A DNA stretch of 64,000 nt from the human T2T-CHM13v2.0 reference genome, Homo sapiens, in the NCBI RefSeq assembly GCF_009914755.1, contig NC_060931.1. One strand, 5' to 3'. Positions 13,646 to 26,029 of the stretch are shown in pieces. The notes below the pieces were generated by a model, which was not told where the DNA came from, searched no databases, and saw nothing but the letters and a program-made list of their open reading frames with translations. Numbering within the stretch: position 1 is the stretch's first letter; each line of letters starts with the position of its first letter. A program made the position numbers and the translations under genes.

Positions 13646-14143
13646 TTTAGTTTCATGAAATGTGGACTAGAAGTGGTGACAGTAGCCGGACTTATATTTT
13701 TACATACATATATATATATATAATTTGAAATTTTTGTGCATGTGTGCAAGTGCATGTGTGTGTAATAGGATTTTGAATCTTGTTTATTTCTTCTTGAACA
13801 GCATTTTAGGATAGTACATATAAATATACATAATTATTGATTATGACTATAATTAAGTAAGGATGATAATAAAAGTCCATAGGGGTTTTGTGAAAAAATA
13901 AATTATTACTTAAGTTTTTTAGACTTACAACAATATTTTGAAATATAATTAATACTCAATAAATTAGTAATTACTATTTTCATTACTGAAATTTATTTTT
14001 TCCAAGTGTTTGCTGCTTCAAATAATCAGCAATGAATATCACCGTACTATAGTTTTATGTGTTCATGCTGTAGTTTCTGCAATATTCCACAGTCCTGTGG
14101 TTGAATGTGCATATTTATAATTTTTATAAATAATGACAAATTT

Positions 14144-14439
<296 letters not shown>

Positions 14440-14764
14440 GACAAATTTACATTTTTCTCCTATAAAGCTCTAAAACTCACCTCTTTCATGAGTCATTCAT
14501 AGCAAACATTTATTTAACTCTGATTACAGTAACAAACTCACAAATTTCCTTGGGACTTATATGCAATTCTGATTAATTTATGTTTAATACAACTGATTTG
14601 TCATTCTTATTAATAATAGCCTGAAGTACTTATATGTGCCAGGCATCAAAAAAAGGTTAAATCATTTTCCCAATATCATATAATACATAAATGTTGAACA
14701 AGAATCAAAGGTGGTTTCATTTTAATCCAAAGCCTGTGCTCTCGACTGTGATGCTATGATTCTT

Positions 14765-15800
14765 CTCAGAGCAAATCTGCCTTCTCATTTAATTCTTGCA
14801 AGAAGCAAAGATTAAAGAGTTAATTAATCTGCCCAAAGCCACACGAAAAAAGGCCACTTAATTTATATTCTAAAGTTTCATTGTAAACTTCTTGTCAGAT
14901 TTCTTTTTCTACTTCTCAAACCGCAGACATGGAAAAAAACCAATTAATGCTGACTCTCTAACCCACAGGCTAATATATCTGACCACACTGGCTCTGCAAG
15001 ACCATGGCTGAAGACTGCTTAAATGTTGTCCCTGAGTCAATATCTTAACATTTATTGCATCTTTTATTTTCTTAACAAAAATGAAGGCATTTGTGACTGT
15101 GTTGGTAAGTTATTTACAGTGAAAATATACTATATACTACTATAAATAAATCTACTCATTAAATAGAAATGCATGTCACATAACTGCACTGATAGCTGCT
15201 GTTTCCTTACATAATTGAGGGTGTGCCTTCCCCTAATCATGACCGAGGCTCCCTTTATAGTCCTTCACGTTCACCTTGGCTGATAGATTGAAATAAAGCT
15301 GCGACCCTTGCATCGAGAGTCTGATCATAGTTTTTCTTTATGGGTTTCTTCATTTTACATCCAGGTTATCATCTCCTGTTGGATGTATTGGTCTTCAATA
15401 ATCTGCTTAGTCAGAAGTCTGAAGTAACTTAATTTATAACAACAACAAAAATCTTCCACTATCTTTCTCCCTGAATCAATAGGGTTTTCCCATTCTTATG
15501 ACATAAACCTAGCCACCGTCACCAAATACTATATAACATTTTGAGCTATAGCATTTGCCTCTAAATAGTCTTTTTTTAATCAGATCAGATGGCATTATGC
15601 ATCTCACGTGGTGCTGAAAAATAACATTCCCTGGCTTTACATAGTGTTGGCTATTGCATTATAATTCCCACAATATAGGAGGATGGTGACAGAAGTATCA
15701 AGTCCCACCCATTCTTTGCTATCTAGAGAATACTTTATGTTTCTTGCTTATTTATAATGGAATTTTTAATCATTGTGTCACTCAAATGTGGCAAGTATTG
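14765..15800 (+). mobile_element. Candidate ancient CR1-type RT fossil C (long)
   Basis: RANL, RPLNLYSKV 14851 + CKLL 14882 (~RPISLTSVVCKLL), KAFVTV 15084 (~KAFDTV), GVP 15220, RGS 15244, IESLIIVF 15312 (~IESTLIKF), VPxxS.L.R and EYF near 15700-15735. Confidence 0.65.
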
Positions 15801-16164
15801 ATTTGGTATCTAAAATACTTCATTATTCTGGAATGCTTTTCCAGTGGATTCTGCTTCAAGAGAATCCACAAAGTTGCTACATTTTATCTTAAGAAGGAAT
15901 AGAATAGAAATTTAATAGAAGTGTTGATTGACACAGATGTGTTTCTTTTTCTTTACAGTTTTCCATCAAAAATTGGGAATCATGCCCTTTCATACAACAC
16001 AGTTGTGGTAAGTAGAAGTAAAAGTGTTTGCTCATCATTAAGAATTGATCCATCACTTTTTAAGAGAAAATGAGTGGTTACATTTACATTAAAGAGCCAA
16101 GCTTTTAATTTTTGAATAATGACTCAATTCAAACTTCTTTGATTTGCATATTGGAGACACAATT

Positions 16165-16340
16165 TGTTGAAGTGAAAGAACACTGGAACAGAAACAAGAA
16201 TACCTGAGATGGAGACTCACCTCTTACCATCAATCTAGTGTTGACTTTGGGTAAACTACTTAATCTCTTTAGCATCTGCATCCTCACTTGTAAAATGAGA
16301 GGTTTAAATTACAGTTTCCTTCCAGCTGTAAGAATCCGTA
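16165..16340 (+). mobile_element. MIR
   Basis: GACTTTGGGTAAACTACTTAATCTC..CTCACTTGTAAAATGAG. Confidence 0.8.
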
Positions 16341-16799
16341 ACATTATTTATTATACAGAAGGAATTTTCATTAAACATCTTAGAATTTATATTTCTATCT
16401 TTTAAACATTTTATTATTTTATAACACCAGAAATTAAGAAATGTTACGCCTGATATCCCACTAACAGTGTCCTTTGCTGGACTGGCAAGTACAACATGGC
16501 TATATGCTGTACTAAATATGCTATGTGCTATTGCTAAAGCTATAGCAGTTCTACTATGGTGCCTTTTAAAATTCTGCCCTAGACTAATACATTATATCTT
16601 CTAATTAAACCTTAACAATGAGCATACAATCGAGAATCATTAAACATTTACTCAACAAATACAAGTTTAGCTATTTATTGAATAAAGTATACCTATGAAG
16701 TCAATTTAACCTAGATTTTAGTCAAGTATGAATCTACCTATCTATCATCTCTCTCTTTCTCTGTATCTATCATGTCTGGGTACATATTTATTCAAGTTA

Positions 16800-17100
16800 T
16801 TTTTAAATTTTATTTTTAATTATTATGGGTACATAATAGTTGTACATATTTATGGGGTATGTGTGATGTTTTGATACAGGCATACAAAATGTAATGATCA
16901 AATCAGGGTGATTGTGGTATCCATCACCTCAAACATTTATAATTTATTTGTGTTAGGAGCATTCCAATTCCACTAGTTCATTTCCCTAAGATGTATGATA
17001 AGTTACTGTTAGCTATAGTCACCCTATTGTGCTGTCAAATACTAGATTTTATTCATTCTAATTGTATTTTTGTACTCATTAACCATCTCCACCTTACGCC
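16800..17100 (-). mobile_element. L1MA 3' end
   Basis: Reverse GGGTACATAATAGTTGTACATATTTATGGGGTA..CCATCACCTCAAACATTTA. Confidence 0.88.
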
Positions 17101-17249
17101 CCATATTTTTATATCCATTAATCATTCAAATTTTGTTGTATTGTTTTTCAGTGAAAATTGTAGAGGATATTGGTATTTGATTTACCTACAACCTGGGACA
17201 AAATTGACCCCACTGTTTTTTTTCTTTCTAGGTCCATCTTTTCTTCTGG

Positions 17250-17470
17250 GGTAGTAGAAAGATCAAGATCATCAGAGAACGTAGGGTGCAATATCAGCTC
17301 TCCAGTACCAAACACGGTTCATTAACCTCTCGGAACCTCAGGTGTCTTGGGGCATAGTTCATGTCTCCTGGCCCATCTCACAGGATTATCAGGAGGACGA
17401 ATGAGATAAGTGAGTGCATTTTGTAAATTGTGAAGTGCTAAATAAATGCAAGGTAATGCAATATTAATTG
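17250..17470 (+). mobile_element. MIR
   Basis: TTAACCTCTCGGAACCTCAG..CTCACAGGATTATCAGGAGGA..AATGAGATAA. Confidence 0.7.
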
Positions 17471-17489
17471 TGAAGTCTTCACTCAAGCT

Positions 17490-17920
17490 ATTAGTTCATT
17501 AACATACACTCGGCAAATGGCTTTGAGTACCTGGTATGTGGCACAGGCACTGTTTTAAGCATTGGGAATCAGCAGTCAAAAAAGCAGATAAGACTGTCTT
17601 GGGGCAGTGGGAAAAAGACATTAAAAAGGTAAAAAAAGATTTCAAATAATCATCATTGACAAGAAAATTAAAATAAGATGTTTCGACAGTTGAGGGACAA
17701 CTATAAATGGTCATCTCTGTGAGGAGTGATTTTCAAGCTAAGACTTGGATGAAAAGATGGTGTGAGTCAAATCACTCAGGGAAGAGCACTCCCTTGGAAG
17801 GGAAGAATAAGTACAAGGACCCTAAGGCAGGAACCAGTTTCATGTTTTAAGAACACAAATAATCTCTGTGGCTGATGTATTGAGTAAGGGTAAAGGTAAA
17901 GTGAGATAAGTTAAATGAAA
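17490..17920 (-). mobile_element. L2
   Basis: TTGAGTACCTGGTATGTGGCACAGGCACTGTTTTAAGCATTGGGAAT and downstream L2 body. Confidence 0.8.
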
Positions 17921-18089
17921 TAGAATTTGCATTCCCCAGAAAATGACAGAATATTCTAGAATTTTGGTATACTGTAGACTAAAGATGTTTTTCACGTGAA
18001 ATGGTGCAGCTGCTCTGTCTTAAAAAGATTTAGAGTAAATCTTGGGGGCCAACAGCTCTATACAGGTTAATAAAAACTTCATGACACCT

Positions 18090-19100
18090 ACATGCTATTT
18101 CCTGAAGACTTGTTTTGGGGAAGTTGGACTTCAAAGGAGAAATCATAACCAACGTGTTTTCATCATTAGGTGAAAGCCAGTTTCCTTTGTGAGAGTACTA
18201 TAGAACAAGCTTCAAATTTTCTGCCCATCAGGTTTGTCAGACAGTATTTCTGTTCAGGAGGAGGTAAACTACCCAGTGTCTAAAGCTATTCCCATTATGC
18301 CTACATGCGCCCATGGCAATTTTTTTTCTTCAGCAATAGGTGTCACTAAGAGGTAGCTGGGGAATACTAAGACCGACTTGCTTCAAAAGGATCTCAAATC
18401 ATTCAGTCTATCAACCACAAGGGCACCCTATTCCCTCCTTCCCCACCTCCTGCCCAGCCCTGACTTCAGCCTGTTTTCAAGAAAGGCAATATAGCAGCAG
18501 CCGTTTTTTGTTTTGTTTTGCTGTATTTGCCTCAGACTCCCTGCCCGAGCCTAGGAGAAGCAGTGTCCCAAACCCTGCCATAACCAATACACAGGCGCTT
18601 TTCACTTAACTTTAAGTCAAATTCTAATTATTCAGCGATGTGAAAACAAGCATCAAAGGGAGAGGCAGTGTGGAAGAGCAGCAAAAGCACTGGATTGGCA
18701 GTCAAGGAGACAGAGTTCAGCTTTAGATGTGCCTGCTTCTGGAGCCTCAGTTCCCTTGTGTACAATCACGATGAAAATATTTCCCTGCTGTTCTGACAGG
18801 GTTCTAAAGGGAATTAAGTAGCTGTTATCTGCAGAAAGCGCTTTGTGAACCTAGGCTGCTATATAAAAATGGAGTGGGGAGAAATGGAGTAGTTCTGAAT
18901 TGGCGAGTTTGTTTTCATTGACTGCCAGGTATAGGAAGGGCACTGAAGAAGCAAGACAGGGGCTGAGAGTCTGAAAAATATACCCTTTGCCATGAAGACA
19001 CTAGAATTTATGCTAGGGAGCAGAGATCATGTATTAAGGGGCTACTGTACAGCACAGCTCTGGAAGGTATCGTTTGCACTGTAGTCTACGCATACATTTG
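18090..19100 (+). mobile_element. Candidate ancient RT fossil D (split by a MIR at about 18660-18860)
   Basis: FPEDL 18098 (~VPEDW), TNV, SNFLPIR 18212 (~GNYRPIS), AAVFC, AVSQTL. Confidence 0.35.
18660..18860 (+). mobile_element. MIR
   Basis: GAGCCTCAGTTCCCTTGTGTACAA..AAAGCGCTTTGTGAAC. Confidence 0.75.
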
Positions 19101-19399
19101 AAAGGGTTAAGTAAGAATGTAAGTACACTCAATTAAAGGATAGGCAGTAAGTGATGGAGGAGCTCAGTGCCTGGAGACCTTGAAGAAAGAAGAAAACAAG
19201 GGATGAGATTTCAGCTACTAGGTAGAAAAGGAAACCTTCTGATGGGAACAAGAATAGAGACAAACGATCTCCAGTAAATTTAAGAACATGAGAATAATTG
19301 GGTGTCCTTTCAGTAGGGGTACGAGAAAGTGGTGTGACTTTTTTGTTCTTTTCTAAACTTTTTTTTTTTTAACATGGGAATAGTTTGGGGACTTTAAAA

Positions 19400-19990
19400 A
19401 ATAATACTATGGCACCTGCCTATTCTTTCTCAATTCAAATGAAACTTAGCATCTGTTCTAAAAGCACTAGGAAAAGCCCAAGAGGAGAGCGAAGTGCCCG
19501 ACAGCTAGAACCTTTGTGTTCTTATCTTTTTGCAGTATAATTTTTATTGACCCATGATCTGTTAACTTCTTTCCTCATTCGATGTAAAAAGATGATGACA
19601 TAAATGTCTTTCAGAGACTTTATATATTTTCAAATGCAGAAAAGGCCCTGTGGTTGCTGTCAAGCTAAGGGATTCAATATCCCTGAGAACATCCATTCCA
19701 ATAACACTGGCCACTCAGAATGTGTTTGTGCCTGTGAGAGCACACATATGTGCATGCATGTAAATTCTGTGTCTAAAATACTACAGTCCATGACAATGGT
19801 CTTACTCTTCAATAAAATTCAGACATTTAGGGCTTCACAAGGTCCAGTATTTCTTAATATTATAAGACAAAAAAAGTTGAATTAAAGAATTTAGTTCACG
19901 GTTTAATTAAATTTGTAATTTCAAAATTACATTTGCATCTGAGTGTTAACTGTATTTGAGTAAATAAATGAGCAAAAAAGACTTAAGCAT
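19400..19990 (+). mobile_element. Candidate ancient CR1-type RT fossil E
   Basis: ID-HDLL, RASQGPVFLNII 19829-19864 (~GVPQG..GPVLFNIF), FASEC*L 19932 (~FADDTKL). Confidence 0.5.
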
Positions 19991-20074
19991 TTCTGTGAAA
20001 TTGGGTCAATCATGACAAATTTTTACTGTGGTTCATTTTTTGTCCCTCTTTTACTATATAGCCTTTGATTTTTT

Positions 20075-21260
20075 AAAATGGTCCCATGTTTTATTGTTGA
20101 CATTTTATTTCAATATCTGATTTGAAAACAGCAGACAGATCCCCTGTGAATTTTAAAGAGATATCTGCTTTCTTTCATCACAGCTGCTCAGCCTTGGTGG
20201 ATTGGCTGGGATTTTTTTTTTTTTTTTTTTTTTGGATTATTATTGTATTACTTGTGAGAGGAGAAGGAGACAATGCGAACCAATATTCTGATGATAAAGA
20301 TTTGGCAATCGAGTCATGTCATCATGTCTCTTTTCTCTTTCTCATTGGAGTTTTTGCAAAAGCAGAAACAGTGACTTTTTTCAACACCTGCATCTTTAAC
20401 AACCAGAGCAGTGTAATTACCTTTCTTGAATATTCTATAGAATTGTCAAACAGCAATTTTCTTTCACAAGGGTGGCTTTTAAATAATGTCGTTTACATAC
20501 AGAGTTTAACATCTCTTAAAGTAAAAATCTAATTATAAGAAACTAAAATTTACTGCATGTTTATAATTTGATCTTTATAAAATTGTTAATCAGGGTACCT
20601 TAACATATATTATGAAGCAGAAAAAGTACATGTAGTCAGATTAAACTAAATATTTTGGAGTTTCTTGAATATATGTTAATTTCTATCACTATTACTGGTA
20701 TTAACACTATTTGGTATTTTATTGCATTGCTCTTGAATTCAACAATTTGTGGAGAGAGGTGGCTCACAATGACATGTTTTCTCAAGATCATCTGATGTCA
20801 TCGTTTCCTCTTTGTTAATGAAAACTATCAATATTTAAAAAGAACTGTCATTGTAGTTTATGTATAGACAATAAATGGCATAGTCAAGCCAGCTGAGATA
20901 ATTCTTCCAACGGACACATTAGATAATAATGCCAATACTAAATAATATTAGAATTTAGGTAACGTACTGCCATTTGATAAAGTGGCTCATGCCCAGATTG
21001 TATACACACTTATCATCTTTGGCATCTGATTTTATAATTTTTGAAGTGCAGATGGGATTGTCAACCACTGGAAGGAGTGATACTTCAATATTTTACTACA
21101 AGGTGAATGTTAAAGTGAAAATTTTAACATATCCCCACATTATTTCATTCTGGTACAAGCTCTAAATTAATGTTATGAAATGTTATGAGCATACCTATAA
21201 ACCTATCGCTTACAAAAAATTAAAGAGTATCTTTTATAATCTTCAAATTGTCACTCTGGC
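20075..21260 (+). mobile_element. Candidate ancient CR1-type RT fossil F (long)
   Basis: ORF 20122-20532: KTADRSPVNFKEIS (~KKGDRSDPGNYRPIS), VITFLEYSIEL, QG..NVVYI; then WLT, FVNE, LASDFIIF 21019 (~FADDTKIF), WYKL*INVMKC 21151 (~W.L.FNV.KC). Confidence 0.6.
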
Positions 21261-22079
21261 AATTCCTCTATTGCCCCACACTATTCTCAGAATGTCGACT
21301 CGGCTACATTTTCCTCCTGTGCTTCTGTTCAGAATTTCTGTTCTCTATGCCAATTTATGCCCAAGGAGTCTGTAAATCTTTTGTATCTTTTTCTAAGCAT
21401 GTTCTCCATGGAAAAGATAATCAGCCTGAAGTCTAATGTACAACCTTCTTAGGCGCTTTCTCAAAAGCACACTCTATCATTCTTTTAAAAAAATTACAAA
21501 TTAAAAAAAGAATTTTAATGGAGTCTTACATGGCATTGTTTTGAATTTCCATCAACTGTCTAGATAACCAGTATTTCTTTATATAGCTCCATTCTATAGA
21601 CATATTACTGTCATGTAAAATAATTTTTAGACTGTTTATATCTTGGTCATATACAATATGATTTTTGTGCCTGAAATCTTAAGTATGCCAGCAGGAAGAA
21701 TCACCAAGTCTGAAATGCTAGAAATGTATTCTTTATGCTATGATACTCAGTTTAAATCTTGACATTTCCTGTTTGGAAAATAACATTTGCAAAAGAAAGT
21801 GATACTCAAAATATTCCACCTATTCATAAATGATCTCAATAGCCATATTTTATTACATAAAACTTGTTACAATTCTTATTTCCCTCCTGTATTTCTAGGC
21901 CCTCCATAAAATACACGTGTGATGGTAGGTATGTGTGTATCTGGGTTGCGTGTACTTCACATGCAAATACCAGAAACAAAAAAAAGTAGCACATTCATTC
22001 AACTTCTATGTGAACATAATGTTACCAAAGTGAAAAGGCAATTCTCTCCCTCTTTTTTTTTTTAACTTTGCTTTCTCTA

Positions 22080-22650
22080 GCATCCGCTTTAGATTTTATA
22101 GGGTTTCTCTCATACTATCTTAACTGGATTAAAGAGTAAGAACAAGTTTTCTCCATTACAAAATTCTCATTTAATCCTTATCCACACTTAATTTATCAAA
22201 TTAAATCAGACAAGATTGATGCCAGGGCTTTTTAAGCCGGACATCGTGTGTAAAATCGGCAGACAAGGGTTTGTAAAGGGTGCCCACCGTGACTTGTCAT
22301 AGCCTCTTGCCTCAGCTGCCCTCGCCTCGATCCAGGCGGGGTCAGGATGCTTCTTGGTGTTCCACTGTGGGCTCGGCGGGGAAACAGCAGCTACACAGCC
22401 TCCAGCAGAGTTACTTATTACACCCTCGCCTCCTTCACCTGCCCCGGCCATTCAAAATAACATCACACCATAAAATATTCATGAACCGCGCCATGCTGCA
22501 GCCAGGGCTCGCTACTGCAGGTGGCTGTTACATCAGTAATTGCTCAATACTTCCCTCCACAGCGTAAAATTGTTTTCATTATGTGTCATGAACACAGAGC
22601 CAAGCAAAGCCCTCTTGAGTGGTTTCCCAAGGGCTGGAGGGAGGTGGTAC
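22080..22650 (+). mobile_element. Candidate ancient CR1-type RT fossil G, CpG-retaining
   Basis: H.FR, DIVC, KGL*RVP 22265 (~KAFDKVP), HSLLPQL, W-LGG-KQ 22368 (~WLSGRKQ), QGSLL 22503, LLNT. Confidence 0.55.
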
Positions 22651-22699
22651 TTAACTTAAACAGGCGCTTTTTGGCTTAGATTTAAAAATAAATAAATAA

Positions 22700-23330
22700 A
22701 AAATAAAGGGAGAAGCCAGTGAAAGCTCATCATTAACTCTCCTTCTAAGTGCAACAAAAAGCAGAAGCTCATGCAAAACTCTCATAAAGATTATCCTAAA
22801 TGTCTCAGTTACTAGGAAGAGCTTTAGGGGTTTTAGCGGGTCTTACGATACTTCAAGCTGCAGAGAAGAGAATAACTTTCCACCTGACTGAAGTTCCCAT
22901 GGAGTGCAGAGCTCTGGGATAAGCAGGTTTCAGCAATAAACTCCTGCATTGTGAGGCAATAATGCCCAGCCAGGTCCCCGCATTTTGATTCAAGGGTGTC
23001 TTTTTCTTTCCCCCCTGTGGAGGACTAATCACAGCTCCACTTTGTTTAATTGCAGCAAAGAGAGAAATGTGTTTAAGAAGTCATTCTGGACCCCTTTAAA
23101 TGAATGCTGGGGTTCTTCAAGGACAACAAACAGGATGCATAATAAATAAGCTTTAATTTTCAGATCAAAATAGGCAAAGTTAAAGATTTTTAGTGACTGA
23201 TCTGGGAGAGATGCTGCTGTCAAGAGACCAGAAACTGCGGGGGAAAGGGCGGGGAAAGCAACAAGTGGATTACAGTCTTGGTTTTTATACAGCACAAGCT
23301 GTTTTTGCATGGTGGGAGGATCCTTACAGG
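22700..23330 (-). mobile_element. Candidate ancient RT fossil H
   Basis: ORF 23029-23310: LYKNQDCNP, SLPDQSLKIF, KIKAYL, PQHSFKG (~SQHGFKKG); further on GGKLFS, MRVL, VNDELS. Confidence 0.45.
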
Positions 23331-24186
23331 AATAAAATCTTTACGGAATTGGGAGCTAGTCGATTTCCCTTAGCATTTTGATTCTGATTTAGAAAGAAGA
23401 AAGAAAGGAAGGAAGGGAAAGAGAAAGAGAAAGAAAAAATGTCCTTCTTGTAAACAATGTTAAACCTCGGTAATTGACAGATTCGCCTCCCCTCATTTTC
23501 AAGCTCAGGCCTAGTTGGGTGCAATATGTGCGGTGAGATGGCCTCAGGGTCATGAACTCCCGGGGTTGGGAGGAAAAGCATTTATCCATCACATGCTTTC
23601 TTTCTGAGTTTGACAAAACTAAGCCCCAGACCAAATGATTGGGAAGCACCCCTTTTGATCTATTTAAAATCTGTTTATTTCTTACCTCTCTGGCCTAAGC
23701 ATCTTCTTAAAGGAAAGTTAACTATTTCCCTCTTGTAAGATGAGTATTTGCTGATCCTTATCACTTTCTTTAGAAAATATTTACCATGGATGTTACGGCA
23801 AAATTTTCCAATACTGTAGCTATCTGGAACGGTATTTTCAAACTTGAAAATGTATAATACAAATCCCCTATTTCAAAACCATGATCTACAAATGTCTACA
23901 GTTTGTCTTTTTTTTTTTTTCCTGAAAGGAGATTTTTTTAATCAACCCCTCTATGGAGAAAGTATTACAAAAAATTTTAAAAATTTATGGCACAGTTCTG
24001 ATAGTATTTTTTTCAGTAACATACTATCCATTGATAACAAATCGACCATAGATAACTGTTAGTCCCATAAATTGAAGAAGGCAATGGGCATAAAACCACT
24101 CATGAGCATCTGCTGCAGGGGGTTTTCCTCTGGGTTAAATGGAAGATGTGAGGTTATTTAATGTCCTGCAAAAACTATGTAGAATG

Positions 24187-24189
<3 letters not shown>

Positions 24190-24226
<37 letters not shown>

Positions 24227-24227
24227 T
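24190..24227. repeat. (TG)n microsatellite
   Basis: Direct. Confidence 0.98.
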
Positions 24228-24869
24228 CTGCCATATACATATGTATCCTGAATGATGGATTTCCTTTGCATCTGGTAACTATAGACTTTTTTTCCTCTGA
24301 ATACAGCAAATGACTGTTTCAAAATGAAAATCACTATGTGTTTGAATGTTGTATTATGCCTAGTCCCTTTTTGAGTGAAAGGCGGCTTTAAAAAGTAAGG
24401 TATATCATTGCCAAAAAGGGGCTAAATAGTATTGTCAGCATTTTGAGAAGGAATAGGTCCTTTTTCGCCTTCCGTCTCAAACTCTTTTCTGGACAGCTGT
24501 TAGTGACTTAGCGAACTTTTCATATGGATATGTATGTTAATGGCAGGCAATGAACTGGAGATGGAGAGGCCCAAACACAGGCCCAACTCTTCAGTGCACA
24601 TCAAAAGCCTTTACAAAAGGAGCAGTAAAAGAGGCAGCGATGGCGGAGCCTTCACTTTTGTACCCTGAATTAGTTCTGCAAGCAATGAAACTGATCTTTT
24701 CTCCTTGCCAGAAAAGTCTGCTGATTTTTGTGAGTGCTCATTAGCACAAGAGGCATTTGTGAAGATAATTGACTGACGCTGATACTGCTGGCTGTCACAA
24801 CAGTGCCAGCCAGCAGTGTATGTGCATTTTAATAGTTGTATTTTTTTTCTTTCTTAGACTTCATGGTTT

Positions 24870-25700
24870 CTAAAAGATACCAGTCTTCCAAAGGTTTACA
24901 CTCTTCTTTGAAGCAGAAGGTTTTAAAATCTTTTCTTTGAAAACTGACAGCCAACCTTACTTTTTAAAATATCATATTTCTATGGGGTACCTGGTATGGA
25001 TGCATAATGTAAAAGGTATCTATTCAATGCATGCAACTGGACAGAAATTATGCAGTTGTAGATCCAGATTATTCTGATATCACATGGACATTCAGGAAAT
25101 AGTGGGTACCATCCAGTTCCTGGAATACAAGCTATCATCCTGGAGAAATAACAAATAAGGCAATATTCCACTTTGTCATCAGCAACTACAATAATTTCAT
25201 ACATTTTCAAACATTTTTTAGTTTTCTTTTTTGTAGACATATTCATAAAATTAGAAAATTAGGGGGGAAAGGGAAGTATTTTTGGAAATTCTAACTTAGT
25301 CATGCTTTGACATGAGGTGGATCTTTTATATGATGGTACCACCCAGAATGGGACTCTGAAGTATCAAAGCATAGATGTCAGAGGACAATTGAGTCTCTGT
25401 GCTCACACTGTCAAGGAATTCTGCAGGGAACACGATGTGAACGTTCCTTTTCACTCGAGTTTTTGCTGCCAATTCACAACATATCGTAGAAACCTGTGTT
25501 ACTTGGTTGACATATGCCTTCTCTCTTTTCTAAAGGAACTTCTAAAACATTTACTTTAATTAATTATACATTTATCAGTTCTTTGTGTGGAAGAGCATAT
25601 CTGGGAATTTATGTGTCATTGCAGCAAAATACAGACTTCGTAAGTGTCTTGTCCCAAATGAATGGTATATAATAGCAATATGTTAAATCTTCTGTAATCT
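24870..25700 (+). mobile_element. Candidate ancient CR1-type RT fossil I
   Basis: DSQPYF, LDRNYAVVD, QNG..YQSIDVRGQLSL 25365 then GILQGT 25415 at near-exact consensus spacing (~QRVVINGSMSS..GVPQGS), FLFT, LVDIC. Confidence 0.55.
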
Positions 25701-25931
25701 ATATGTGTATTAAGCTGTTTAAGGACTCTGTACATTGAATATGCTCAGAATAGTATTTTTCTAAAGCACTTCAGAAGCCTGCCTAGTTATAACATGTGAC
25801 AGAGAGTATTTTCTTTGAGAGAAAAATAAGTTATTTTCTCAAGTTAAGGATGACAGAATAAGTTGAGTGAGGGTGAGAGTTACTTCTGTGCTATGACTAC
25901 TTTTGAATGAAAATAAGTTGTCTACTTTACC

Positions 25932-25936
<5 letters not shown>

Positions 25937-25962
<26 letters not shown>
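25937..25962. repeat. (AT)n microsatellite
   Basis: Direct. Confidence 0.98.
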
Positions 25963-26029
25963 TCCTGGCAGCTCAGCTCACTGATAAACTAGGCTGGTCT
26001 GAAAGGGCTCCAGGGGAGGGCAAAAAGGT

